From positions 1,184,001-1,248,000 of the forward strand of contig CBDESU010000002.1 in assembly GCA_965242695.1 (NCBI GenBank): a stretch of DNA of 64,000 nt, written 5' to 3'. Positions 63,804 through 64,000 of the stretch are shown one piece after another (position 1 is the stretch's first letter; the number at the start of each line of letters is the position of its first letter). The translations under genes and the position numbers were made by a program. Under the pieces are notes generated by a model that made no database searches, had not been told where the DNA came from, and worked only from the letters and a program-made list of their open reading frames with translations. Source of the DNA: Cenarchaeum sp. (GTDB lineage Archaea; Thermoproteota; Nitrososphaeria; Nitrososphaerales; Nitrosopumilaceae).

Positions 63804-64000
63804 CGGCAGCGCAGGCGCCGCAGGGCGCGGCAGGCGGCCTCCCGGCATCGCGCGACGAGAGGCGCGCCCGGTACAGGGCCATGTTCAAGGCCAACGTCGG
63901 CCGGCGCCTCCTAGTCGACAGGGTCATGCTCGGCGTCGTCATGGCGTGCGCCCTCGTGGCCATTGCGCCGCTCATGTGGATACTCGCGACGCTGTTCGTC
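63800..64000 (+). CDS. pstA: Phosphate ABC transporter permease PstA (5' part, runs off the window)
   Basis: TTG overlapping the pstC stop; ..RYRAMFKANVGRRLLVDRVMLGVVMACALVAIAPLMWIL..; position after pstC. Confidence 0.8.
   Translation, partial: MTAAQAPQGAAGGLPASRDERRARYRAMFKANVGRRLLVDRVMLGVVMACALVAIAPLMWILATLFV

Overview
High-GC (about 70% by eye, not computed) archaeal chromosome segment. It is almost certainly from a Nitrososphaerota (Thaumarchaeota, Nitrosopumilaceae-like) ammonia-oxidising archaeon: unsplit RNA polymerase Rpo1, three PEFG-CTERM proteins, rpoH-rpoB-rpoA...rpl30e-nusA-rps12-rps7, and an intron-containing tRNA. The very high GC plus giant NHL/HYR surface proteins suggest a host-associated lineage such as a sponge symbiont (inference). 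Core genes also include nuoAB, larC-larE-cysteine desulfurase, purE, a phoU-like regulator, pstC/pstA, tRNA-Gln(CTG) with two introns and tRNA-Glu(CTC). Accessory content includes a type IIG restriction-modification gene, a decayed hicBA pair, a secreted metallo-beta-lactamase-fold protein, a repeat-expanded coiled-coil membrane protein, about 17 kb of NHL-propeller/HYR/RTX-repeat exported proteins and an archaeal ATPase behind a tandem palindromic operator. The most notable items absent from the supplied ORF track are a 44-aa metallothionein-like microprotein with its own promoter and upstream inverted repeat, two further Cys-rich microproteins, and several unrelated intergenic mini-arrays with a 60-72 bp period. 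Most long ORFs in the track are GC-driven shadow frames. All calls come from reading motifs by eye; no database search was run.
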